Source of the DNA: Atractiella rhizophila
Taxonomy: Eukaryota
Assembly: GCA_021432655.1 (NCBI GenBank)
Contig: MU271226.1
Span: forward strand, 1 to 64,000
DNA length: 64,000 bases
Reading direction: 5' to 3'
Shown here: one piece after another, positions 26,040 through 37,811 of the stretch
Layout of the letters: the number at the start of each line of letters is the position of its first letter
Position numbering within the stretch: position 1 is the stretch's first letter
Notes under the pieces: model-generated
The model's input: the letters and a program-made list of their open reading frames with translations, nothing else
Database searches by the model: none
What the model was told of the DNA's origin: nothing
Position numbers and translations under genes: made by a program

Positions 26040-28284
26040 TCACTTTCGACGACTGATGTGAACTTCTAGCTCGGGAGTGTAGATCGTAAAATAGTCCTTA
26101 CTACCCTTCAAAAACTTTTCATCACTAAACTCCTGGGACAACTTGAAGTCGTAGCGCCTCAAAACGACCGTGAGTACCGTGCGGAGTTCTTCCCAGGCTA
26201 GATTCTTTCCTACACAGGAATATGGACCTAAGTTCCGCCAAGAAATCATCAGTTTTGGAGAGGGAATTATATAATGGACGACTTGCCAGTCGTGAAAGGT
26301 TGCGAAGCTCGGACGTTGAAGGTCTCATCCTTCGGACGTGATGGGAGCCATCTCTCCGGTCTGAATTCGTTCGGTTTATCGAAATATCTCTCATCTTTAG
26401 CGACAGTAGCAAAAGGTACCGAGACCGTGGTCCCTACAGGTATTACTGTGCTCTGTATTATCAAAGGAGAATTGATGATTTCCCGCGGAAGACCACTCGC
26501 GACTGGAGGGTGGATGCGAAGCGTCTCGTTGATACAAGCATTGAGCAAAGGCAAGGTGTCTATCAGACGTTAGAATCGAAGATAGAGAATAAATAACGGC
26601 GCACTCAAAATGTGTAGCGGTAGGTCGTCCAGCTCCATGTCTCCGACAGCCTGGTCAAGTTCTGCCCGAAGATCTGAAAGGACTGACGGAGACCGAAGGA
26701 GATCGTAAAGCGCATAAGTGAGCGTGGTCGACGTTGTTCCTCCTCCTGCACACATTATCTGTTAACCTGGTCGAATGGTAATAATAGAACAGGCTAACCA
26801 GCAATGATTGCTAGGGAAGCATCATTGTAGAGCGAATATTTGTTCAGCTTCACTTGGTCTGGCATTCCTTCTCGTTCCTCGTCCAACTGTTCCACGCTCC
26901 TGTTAGCGAACTTTAATCATAACAGTAACAGAACCGACAAGGTAATAGTACAAGTCCTTGTAGGACTCGGCAGCCTTCTTCTTTCGATTTTTCACAAACT
27001 GTTCAGCAGTCCATCTCACACGCGGTCGTACCATCTTCTCCGGGAGGACGAAGAATACTGGGGCAACAAACTGCAGATGACCAAGTGGTTTGAGAAAGGC
27101 TAGTCCTGAGTCCATGTCTTGAATGTACCCATCTTTATCCGCCTTGTCCTTCATGAGTTGAAATCCACCTGAGAATGAGAGCTCCCTGTGACAAACGATG
27201 AGAGGATTTAATGGTGCAGGAAGACGGTGATACCCAAGCATATCAATCTAGAAACATGCTTAGACGGTCGCATTTATTTGTAACGGAACTTGAAGAGCAC
27301 ACCTGAAACCAACTGAACCAATCCGACATCTTCGCCTTCTGATTGGATTCTGCGATTTCATCAAGATTGTGAATGAGCTCCGCAATCTTCGAACGAAGAA
27401 TGGGACGGAAGGAGCAAAGGCTGATATCACAGTTTAGTATTCATTTGCAAACATCTAAGACGCTACTCACCTTTCGGTAGTGAAAACACGCTCCCAGATG
27501 CTTCGCCTCTCTTTGTGAGAAGTACGTTCCCTCATGCTTAAGAGACCTTTTATTACATATGCGTGAGTCGCTGCAGAGGAAAATGCGTAGGGACCTACTC
27601 TTGACTGAAGGATGCCTCACTTCATTGAGGCAATCATACCTGCATTCCAAACCGTAAGTTGTTGATTGAACAGAGCTCAGAGTTATGATACATACCAATG
27701 TCCTTTAATCACATTCTGTTTGTGAGAATAAATCTCTGTCAGTGCCTCCACATTCCTGATGGACAAATCGTTCGGGCCTGTAGAAATGCCGTGTCATTTT
27801 AGACAATGGCATAACTGATAACTGTTGACGTACCGATTCGAACCCAATCGCCGTACTTCTCATGCAGTTTAGGGATCTCCAGCATCTCTGTCCCCCTTAT
27901 ACCCATGGGGACAAGGTAGTACCACTTGTTGATTTTCGCCAGAAACGGACCCGGAAAACGATGAAGAGGGTGGAGAGGGGAAATCCTGTAAAGGACCAAG
28001 GAGCCAAAAACTAGGAACAAATACAGCGTGTAGGATGTCCAGAATGGGGCGGGAAGGACGGGGAGTTCATGTTTGGTCAGATATGACAAATTGTGTACCA
28101 ATAAGGGATAGAGGGCGATGGTCGAGCGGTAGTACGGCGGTGAGAGAAGGATGTACTACGAGTCTGTCAGCAAACTGTGTGAGAGGAGGGGAAATGGGGG
28201 GCTAACTCCTAAGCCAAGTGAAATGTTGATGATGGCCCATGTCTTTTCGAAATTTAACTCCATTTTAGATATCAGAGAGTCCAT
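26040..28284 (-). CDS. Cytochrome P450 monooxygenase (multi-exon, extended hydrophobic N-terminus)
   Basis: HPLHRFPGPFLA, LHEKYGDWVRIGP, ExxR (INETLR), PERW and heme motif FTTGPYSCVG. Start at 28284 or 28263. Confidence 0.95.
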
Positions 28285-28983
28285 CTTTGATGGATGCTGG
28301 TGTGCTGGGACAGCTCTCTCACGCAGACGACGATATTTAAGGCGGCTGCTTGGCGGCGTTTGGGGACGTGGTGGAGACCGAAGCAAAGTTGAACTCGATT
28401 TTCGGGATTATCTAGGGAAACTGAAGATTGCCTTTGCCTACACAAAGGAAGGTTGCGTTGGCTTACCGGTGGAAATGTGTGTACAGGCTTACAATGATGA
28501 TTATGGCTGTATACTGAGCGCGGGACCTTTGTTTCAGTTCCGGATCACAGAAAGAGCTGGAGAAGTAGATGTACGTCCTTCAGGTCAGAGGTAGCTAGTC
28601 ACATTCGAAGGGAGCTGTCTCACTTCAAGTTGAGTACCTGTTAACCCTTGCGTGCACAAGTTGCTGAAATATCAGTGCATCAGTCTCAGCGTTTGACAAA
28701 GGCAGAAGACAACAAGGCATACGTTGTGTTTGGAGGTTTGGAGGCGTGGCTTGAGCAGGTGAAGTTCCGGAGGATGAGCAAGTATCACAGGTGCACACCT
28801 TTATAATAGGCGGTTGCTGCTTCACGAGGGCGCCTTCCGCTGTGTTTTCCAGGCTTCAAGTTGACACTCTTCCTTGCTGCTGAGACAACTCCGGAGGCAG
28901 TTCCACAGAGATGCATCATTCCCGTTTCGGTTTCCGGTTAATAAGAACACGTGACCAAATTTGCAGTCTGCTTTCCTACGCTC

Positions 28984-29065
28984 ACCTTTGTGTCCCAGTG
29001 GTTAAGGAGCCGATCTCGTAGCATTCGTAAAGGAGAGATCGGGTGTTTGATTCAGCCCAGAGGCA
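28984..29065 (+). tRNA. tRNA-like element, probably a pseudo-tRNA (apparent anticodon CGT = Thr, ~10-nt intron)
   Basis: Acceptor stem (A)CCTTTG/CAGAGG(C), A-box TGTCCCAGTGG, B-box-like GTTTGATTC, TTTT right after the 3' end. However, position 1 is mismatched, the T-loop has TTC>TTT, the T-stem has a mismatch and the canonical anticodon stem does not pair. Confidence 0.55.
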
Positions 29066-29125
29066 TTTTACAACGAATGTATCATATTCATTTGCTGAAG
29101 AATGGCTGAGAGGAGGGATGTCATC

Positions 29126-30844
29126 ATGAAAAGACGACGCAGGGATGAGTGGATATCCGTTTTGGGCTTTTTTGTCCTCATCCTATTCCGTCTGACATAG
29201 ATTTGGGTTTGTCAGGAACCCAAATTGGATGCACTTGTTTATCTCGTTATCCCATCACAGTACACCCCCATCACCTCCACCTCGATCCACTTCTCCATTC
29301 TTCCCTCTTTCCTATCTCGACTGCCACCGACAGTTCAGGCGCTTCGGATCACTTTTTGGTTCAGCTTCGATGATACTTGCGATCCGGTTGGTTCGCTGTC
29401 CTCTTTCTCGCTTGACTGTCTCTGGTATTCGCCTGAAAATGCTGTGGACACCGATGGGGTAGCGAGTCTTTACATCACCCTCGATACTTTCGTTCTCACA
29501 GCAACTTTTGAGAACCCTGCACCTGACTACGACGCCACGGACTGTTTTACCCGCACATTTACTCTCCTGTCAGGAGATTGCTCCCAGACCATTTTTGCCC
29601 CAATTGGCGAACACGACAGCTCTGTGCATATGATAGATGACACGTCGTCATCCGTCTCATCACCCGATCCGAACGTAACCATAATCCAACTCGCATTCCC
29701 CTTAGGATCGGGGGTTTGCTTTATCTCACGACTTCCTGACGAACTTCTCTCTTTCATCTTCGAGTGCGTTTCCTCCAGCGAAGTCGATGTAACTGAGGAA
29801 GAAATTGAGAACTTCGGTTCCAGTACAACTTCCAGGCTCTTTGCGGTCTGTCATCGCTGGAATGCTGTTTCCGCCGGTCATTACGAACCTGATTCTGCAG
29901 AGGAGAAACATGCCCGCTTGAAAATCAATCCTAATGCTGGTCGTCTGTGGAAATCACTATGGTTTGAGCGAAAGGTCAGTAGTGACATGGCGAAAGAGCT
30001 CATCGCTGGCTCACCGAATGTCGCGGAAATCGTCCTGCTTGCCTTTGGGAATGAAGAGGAGGTGAACGTCGTGTTGACTGCCCTCGAGGGCCTGACAAGG
30101 GCGGAGAAAATAACCTTTAAGTTTATGGAGGGTTGGAGAAGCTGGAGAAGGGATGAGGTGGAACATTTTATGCGGAGGATGGAAGGAGCGGTCAGACACC
30201 TTGAGGCTCTCGATGTGGAGGATGCATTCTCCACCTTTTCGGCGTCAGGATCCCTTCACCTACCCCATGGCTTCAAATCCTTAAGGCTTGACACATACCC
30301 GCCTCTCACATCCCTCGCCCTCCCGGACACCCTCCGACGCCTGACCCTCGCCCGCATGTGCCCCCTACCTCCCTGCATCTCAGGTTCCGCTCTGCCGCCT
30401 CGCCTCGAGTATCTCAGCCTAGCCCTCTTCCCCTACTCGCCTAATGGGACGCCGTCCGTTCTACGCGCTCCCCTCGAGTTATCACATCTCAGGCACCTCA
30501 AGGACCTCTACCTCGACGGTGGCGACGAAACTTCGAACCTACTTCCCCGCCAATTCTTCGGCACTCTCTCAAATGCAGTAGCTATAGAATTGATAGATAT
30601 TGAGTACTGTGCGGTGGACTGGTTTGGTTTCCCAGAATTCATTGGCTGGTTCTTTGGGCGGGTGAAGAAAGTCAGTGACGGGTCTGAAGAGGAGGAAAAG
30701 TTGACGGGATACGGTTTATCTGTTCGCTTGTTCTTTGGGGAGTGGCGCGAAGAAGAGATCGTGGATGCCAGGACGATGATGCAGGAGTGTGTGGGTAGGG
30801 AACTGGACGAATTATCAGGGGTTTGGGAATCTGGGGACCGTTGA
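29126..30844 (+). CDS. F-box domain protein with LRR/RNI-like C-terminal repeats
   Basis: F-box FISRLPDELLSFIFECV...LFAVCHRWN and LxxLxL repeats (LRRLTL, LEYLSL, LKDLYL). The main exon begins after a CTGAC..TAG acceptor at 29200. The short upstream exon from ATG 29126 is inferred. Confidence 0.75.
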
Positions 30845-31338
30845 TGTGGATATGATGACCTGCGGGCATTTCTCTCCAAAGAAAGACACAGCCAGAATGC
30901 CAAACTTTCGCATCCCATCTACTTTATGCCTGCCGCGAGATTGTAGGGAATGGACTAGGGAGGGGACAGAACTCGCAAGCACTTGCAACCCTCTTGAACT
31001 CGACCTTCTGGGATGATGCCGACCGCCCCACCAAACGCTTCAACAGCCCTAGGTCGCTACTAAGCGAGCTAGTGAGTAAGTGCACAATAGAAGAGTCTTC
31101 AGAGGACTACCTCTACGAACAAGTTTCAGTCGCTTCCAGTTGATATTCATCAGACGTATATATCAAAATTCAACAAAACTTGGTGGTAAATGAAAAAGAA
31201 CATCAACAGTGTAAGCCACGATTTGAATTTCTTTTGTTTTTGCATATCACATGAAGAATTGAGCACAGTTACTGCGGTCGCACTACCCACACATGAGTAC
31301 CCTCCAACCTCTGCACTGAAGCACCTACGCTAGTTTTC

Positions 31339-32282
31339 TTACTTTGAGTGCTGGACAATGAAGTCCTTTAGTTCCTGCAAGTGTCCTCGCACTGGAATGG
31401 AGTGTCCTGTACTTTCGGTCAATTCATTTAGTCGATGCAGAGGTGAGGAAGAACGCGCCTTCATGATGCGTGAGAAGTTTCGAATTAGGCCAGTTAATTT
31501 GAAGTTCAATCGTCCTATCCGCCTTCACGATCATGTCACTCATATCGACCGCTGTACTGGCCATCAAGTCAGTTCTCCACATTCGGAGCGGAAGACTCAC
31601 TGTGAAGAGTCGGAATATCAGAGGGCAAGCTGTAGAGCGTTCGATGAGGAGGGTGCGTAGAGATGAACCCTGAGCTGAGGATGGCAAATTTGATGTTCTG
31701 CTCCAATGCCGGCGCGAAGCCTTGTTGGGGTTTATTGAGCTATTTCCCACCTTAATCAACTTCAATGAAAGAGAGGAATGGAGTACGAACGAGTGACAAA
31801 AGGAGTCCAGTCATTGCTGCTCCCTGTGACAATCCGATGATAGCATCGTAAGAGTTCTGACTCAAATGTTCGCTCCACCACTTCACCTGTCCCCTCCACC
31901 ACGTCAAAACGATGTTCCTTGGTGCTTCTCAAAAGGGGACCCACGACAACGGCCCATCTGCCATCGTCCTTTCCCTCGAGAAGGCTCCACTCCGTCCCCT
32001 CCAGCGACCACCATGGCCTGCTGTGATCAGGTCCACATCCAGGGCCAGTGGAAGGTCCGTCCACATAGGTGAATTCGGCGATTCCTTTCAGTGATTCGCG
32101 GAGCGGAGCAGTCGTGCGATACAGACTGCGATTCATGGGTTAGTATCGCGTGTACTATGTGAAAGAGGAGGGAACGAACATGTTGGCCGTCTGGACATAG
32201 CCGTGGATAACTGTTGCCAATCGGGTTCATTGAACAGCTAGATAAGAGGGATGATGGAGCACTGACCGCAAATCTTCAACAT
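31339..32282 (-). CDS. FSH1/OVCA2-family serine hydrolase
   Basis: MLKICVIHGYVQ oxyanion motif, EFTYVDGP, nucleophile GLSQG, DMIV acid residue and HEGHSIP catalytic His (requires a GC-AG intron). Confidence 0.9.
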
Positions 32283-33408
32283 ATTTATTCAGTACTCTGA
32301 CTATATCCAAGTGCAAAGGAAATGAAGGCGTTTAAAGCAAGCTGTAACAGCGAATCGACGAAAGTGAAGGGAAACAGACTAGGGACTCGTAACCTATAAA
32401 TGGCTCGGAGAGAACTCGCCCTAACTTGCCCCGCGGCCTTTGCCCGCTGGTTGACTCTGCGTGTAGGGAACTTTCACAGCGCGACTGGTTGTACTGGTTC
32501 CTACACCGGGTAGTAGAACGAGTTAAGGAATGCGTAGGACTGTGATACCGATTGCTGGAGCGCCTATTTTCTGAGGACGGAATTAGTGAGAGGAAGTCAG
32601 TAGAGATCGACCACTTGTTCTCAGCATCCAGCGTAATGAATCTGAAGCCTACATGATGTGGGCTATAGCACCGAACGCAAAATAACGGCAGGTTTGGGTA
32701 CTCCTCCTCTCTCACTTGGAACTATAGCAATAAACGCAGGAATCTGCCCCTGCAGCGACTTGGGGATTTAATGGCGAAACTGCTTGTCAAAATAAATACA
32801 TGACAGCATAAAAATGGGATAAGCTGACATTCCTAAGCAATAACTACAGCAGTGGATATTATCTCCAGCTATGTTTTGGGCATAGAATATCGTTTCGACC
32901 GAAAGAAGAGCTAGATCACTGTCCTCTCATGGGGCTGTCCCATCCAACTTCAAAGCGTGAGGCTCTACCGCAGCAGCTAGATACAGCACTGTGATGCTGA
33001 AGGCTGAGAATCTCTTTCAAATATGAGTGTGGAAAAGACATGTTATGGAGTCGTACTTCAATAAACGCGTGGCGAAGCTTTGATGCTTCTGACGTCTGCT
33101 TCTGGCTATTGAACTGGACTCTGAACTGGACTGTAGAGGCATTTATAAAGGCAAGCGGACGCGTTAAACTAAGACGCGCTGAGTTGTTATTAGTGGGTGT
33201 CACTTGTCAATTTCAACTTTTCCGAACAAGTCAGCGGCGGTCGGATATGACGGGAAACAACATGCAGAGAGCGCCGTGTTGTCGACCTGACTTCTCCCAA
33301 AATCCAATGCACAGCCATTCTCCCAGTTTCACAACCATTTCTTCCCAAAATAAACTCAAAATTTTGTCTCCAAGAGCTGGCTATTACATTTAAAGGCCAA
33401 CCATAACG

Positions 33409-36400
33409 ATGTCAATCTCGCCCGTGAACGACACCAAGAAGCGTAGGCGTCGTCGCTCGCCAACGCCGCCGAATCCGAGCTGTAAAAACTGTGCTTCCAA
33501 AGGCGAAGATTGTACCCGGGTGAAGGGACGGTTGGTTTGCGAGCGATGTGCGAGTGAAGGCGTCATGTACGTCTTGTTCTGCTGTCCTTTTCTCCATCGT
33601 AAATCAACAGGCGAGCTATCGTGCTCGCCTTCGGAATGATGAAGTTCGGAGATGCAAGTGATCTGGATTTGCCTTCTCCTGTTCCCACTGAGCGGTTTGG
33701 TGCCATTGAAGGGCTATTGTGTCCAAGATGCAATCTGCCAAGCAGTTAGCTGACGGTATCCGCTCTTCAGCTAATGAAGAATGTGAAGAATGGATACCGA
33801 GTTTCAGAAGCATAACCAACTTTTCTTAACGTGCTCTCTATTTCATTCCATTCCGAAACTATTTGCTTGACAAGAAACTGACATCCCCTCTCCGGTTAAA
33901 AGGTGTGAAACCGTGCACACGCATCACTCGAAGCGCGTAGACCAACGAACGTGTGTCTCCTTCCTCCCTTTGATCCTTTTATCAGCTCACAAATGACTGC
34001 TATGCGCGACACCTTAGACTCGATCTCCTCCCACCAGGCGCACGTTACGCCTCGTCTCGGGACCTCCTCTCCGATCTCCGCACTGGCACTTCCACCTCCC
34101 ATCCTCCATCTTCACAGCACTACTACTCTGCCCAACACCCTCAACACACCCACCACTCTTCCTTACATCCTACTGCTTCTGCACTCGATGAGAACGCAAG
34201 GAGGAAAGCGAAGAAGCCGAAGAGAGTGAAGAATGGCATCGAGCCAGCATACGGCATCATCTCAAACCTGGAAATTGGGGATGCAGTCAACGGCTCTAGC
34301 GGGTTCGGAGGGAGAGCTGAAGCTAGATTGGTGGACGTGACACTTGTTAACTCGCTCGGAGACCATCTGTTATCGCGTTCGTACCTCTTCCCTTTTTGAA
34401 TGTGGATCATGCATGCCTGATGGAGCACTACAGTGGCACAGCCGATGGTAAACAAGAATACCACTTACATTCTTCACCCATTGCCGAATAGTTGGACTGA
34501 GTACTATGCACTGAAAAGTAAGGCGGAAGAGAGTCTGTCGGATTATATGCATGTAAGCGCCGATGTTTCTCTTTGTGTCCTCGATGTTTATTGTGTTACA
34601 CCAGGTATGGATGTCTTTCCTACTGCTCATGGGATCACAACACAGTCCACATTCCGTACGTCTCTTCTCTATCTTCTTCGCCTCACTCATTCATTCCAAC
34701 CAACATCAGGCAATACTCGGCTCCAAATCACTCCCTTCCGTACCCTTTCAATCCACCTCCTCACCTCTCGACTTGCGCGCCTACGGGCCATTGCGCGCAC
34801 ACTCCTTCGGCACACTACTCTCCAGCCTAGGCGACACCGCATTGGCTCCCAACTCACCACTGAGAAAAGCAGAGATCAAATCCCTCTCTGTTATCATGTT
34901 ATTCCTGGGAAACTTCTGGACAGATGATCCCAGCCTGGCGAAGGAGTTGCTTAGGATCGCTCTTGGCGTGTTTGAGAAGCTGTGGAAGGAGGCAGAGGAT
35001 AAGGGAGGAGAGGAGGAGAAGGAGTGGACGGAAAAATTAGGAACTTGGTGGGACCTTTTGATCGTATGTCCTCATTCCTTTTCTTTCATTGAGAGTAAGA
35101 AGGAGGTTTGATCTTTTGCGTATGGTTAGTATCGTGATAACCAGGTCGCTGTTACGTATGGGTCACAGCCGATATTGTTCGTCTTTTCTCTCCGATTTGG
35201 CGAGAGACTGATTTGTAGTGGATGCTGAGTAGAACTGACACACACTATCGCAAGTATTCTGACCTCGTGCGACCAATATTTCTCGTCGATCCTTTTTACT
35301 TCTTCTCCAACCCTCTACGACCAGAGGACTCCACGTTCAGAGACCATTATTGGGTATGTCTCCCTCTCATCCCTCCAGCGCTGGGCAATTAACTGGGAGT
35401 CACAGGCGAACACTCAAGCGACGACCCGCCTCCTTGCTACCTCTCGTTTCCGACTGAAGACTCTCACGCTCTCCTCCCTCTCTCTCTCACTCTGTCTCCA
35501 CCTCTCCAAACTCCTCACGCTTCGTCGACAATGGCGTTCCACCCACTTTGTCCTCCGCACTCCGCCAGACAGACTTCCCTATTATGCATACACCTCTTCT
35601 GCGGCGGCGATTGAAGGGAAAGAGAAGGAAGAGACGGTGTACACGACGATGACCGAAGTACATGAACGCTGTCTGCAGGCTTTTGTCGTCCTCCGACTGG
35701 TGGGAGAGGAAAGGGAGAAATGGCGTGCAGACGGTGCGGGAGAAAGGTGGGACGTTTTGATGGAGAGAGTGAAAGAGGCAGCTGATGAGGAGGTCTCGCG
35801 TGCTGTTTATTGGGCAATGGAGCTGGTGGAGGAGGAGTGGAGGAAGGGTAACACTAGCGTCGTCATCGGATATGGTGTTATTAAAGGTGAGTTATCCCTC
35901 TCTCAGAATGACGGTGGAGCGCTGATCTCAAGCTGCGATCGGTAGAGCTGCTCATGACATTTGATGAGCTACCAAAAGGGTGGAAGTACCTCCCAGGTTG
36001 GGCAGAACGGTTCCCCAACGAAAGGGCGAGGCTGTTGATGTTCGTGTTCTTTGCACGATCATTCGATGGACATCACGGCTAACTTGGGTGAGCAGTCTCA
36101 TTGACCGTATCAAAATTCTCGGTTGGTGCCGTAAGAAATGGACCGATCGCATCGATGCATTCGAAGAAGAGATGTTTCCTCGTTTTGTAACCGTACATCT
36201 CCCTTTGTCGTCAAATTTGACAGGCTGATTGATTGGTACAGATTGACCCTCCAATGCTCCAGACTGCTCAAGCCAAAAAAGCAAAGGCAGAGAAGGAGGA
36301 AAACACTCTTGCTGACTTCCTCGTAACGTGGAAACCTTCGCCACCACCTGCTGCTCTCCAGCCACAGTTTCAGCTTCCTCCAACGACGTCGACCTTGATT

Positions 36401-36643
36401 TACTCCCATCATCATCAGGCACAGGCACAATCAATGGCGATGCATTCATCGTTCGACCTCCCTTTCGACCTGCCTGAGGTCCTGCAGATATCACTTCCCT
36501 TTGACTTGTCGAATGGCATGGGCGGCTCGAGCTCGGGGGAAGAATCGTTCGGAGATAGTCCTAGTCCGGAGAGTGTGCCTGAGAGCACGATCTTGGATTT
36601 TCCAAGCTTTATTGGAGATTTGGCGCTGAGTATGAAGGGTTGA
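33409..36643 (+). CDS. Zn(II)2Cys6 fungal transcription factor, multi-exon
   Basis: CKNC-x6-C-x8-CERC-x6-C, with the sixth Cys supplied after intron 33567-33902. KKRRRRR NLS and an acidic/hydrophobic C-terminal tail. Confidence 0.85.
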
Positions 36644-37811
36644 GGAACATTTGGATCTGAGGGATGTTGAGCTGTCGTTCTCAACGGGATAAGGATTTTA
36701 CTGAAGGAGTTAAAGTAAACCTTGTAATGTTGGTATTCCGCATTCTTACATATATATACCGTATTGCCCTCTTTGGGCATCTTGGACATCGTTATCTCTT
36801 GTCAAGTGTCAATTACTCTCGTGACCCTTGTTTGAAGGATAAAAGCGTGACTCACATGAGACCTTTCACAAGCTTTTTACCACAATTTATCCAGTCGCTC
36901 CTGAACTGTTCCTTTCACAAATAATTCTGAGTCTGGCTCTGCTAAAATTCGTACAATTGAGATTGCATGCTTGAAAGGGGAGTGGGCTCCAGGAGACTGC
37001 GATCGTTGCTTCACTTGGCTGAGCAAGGAAATTTTTGTTGGAAACAGCTTGGAAGATCAAGGTGAGCAGTGTTCAGCTCTTCCATTCCTGCGAGCCACAC
37101 TCCTTGGTCTTGCAATCGTTAGACACAACGTACAAGTTACGCCTCCCAATCGATGGTTGGATAGTTCCTCCATCAATTCTGCGAGTCCCCAGTTGAAGCG
37201 ACTGGCAAAATAGGTGCACGCTCTGCAAGCCAGTTTCGCAGCTGCTCGAATGCTCAAAGTGATCAGTGACAGTTCTTTTCAAAATCTTAGGTCACAGGCC
37301 ATGGGCCTGAGATCGAGAAAGGCGATCAGTATACAGTTTTCCAAAATCACCTTCGACCTCCGCTCCTGGCGGCTTTTTCTCATCTTCAGCGGGAAGAATC
37401 GCGAGCTGGGCATTTCTTCATATTTCTTTCCCACAGACATCCCAGAGATGTCGTTATTCCTTCCCATGAGTCCCACTTTCCAGTTTCACTGAGACAAATC
37501 AAAGGACTTTAAAAGGAGACAAAGTTCCTGTCGTCTTTTATTGTTCTCTTCAACCACCCAAGGGTTTCGCTTTTTTCTCTCCGCCACCCAACATGATATC
37601 TTTAATGTTAGCTTCAGACTCATTTGATTCCTTATACAGTAGCAACACCTTTATCAACCGTTCAGACAGCGGGTACGGTTCAGAACTATCCGCTCGCTCC
37701 TCTCAGTCTTCTCTTCTCCTGTCCGCCCCAGCAGGCGCTTCGACTCAACCAGCCACTGCTTTCGACTATTTGCGTCTTTCTCAACACCTTCTCCGTCTCA
37801 CGACCTGCACC

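Noticed and set aside
33655..33672. TPP riboswitch (GATCTGGAT resemblance)
   Set aside because: Lacks the CTGAGA and TAAT..CAGCG core elements, and the host is not a thiamine gene.
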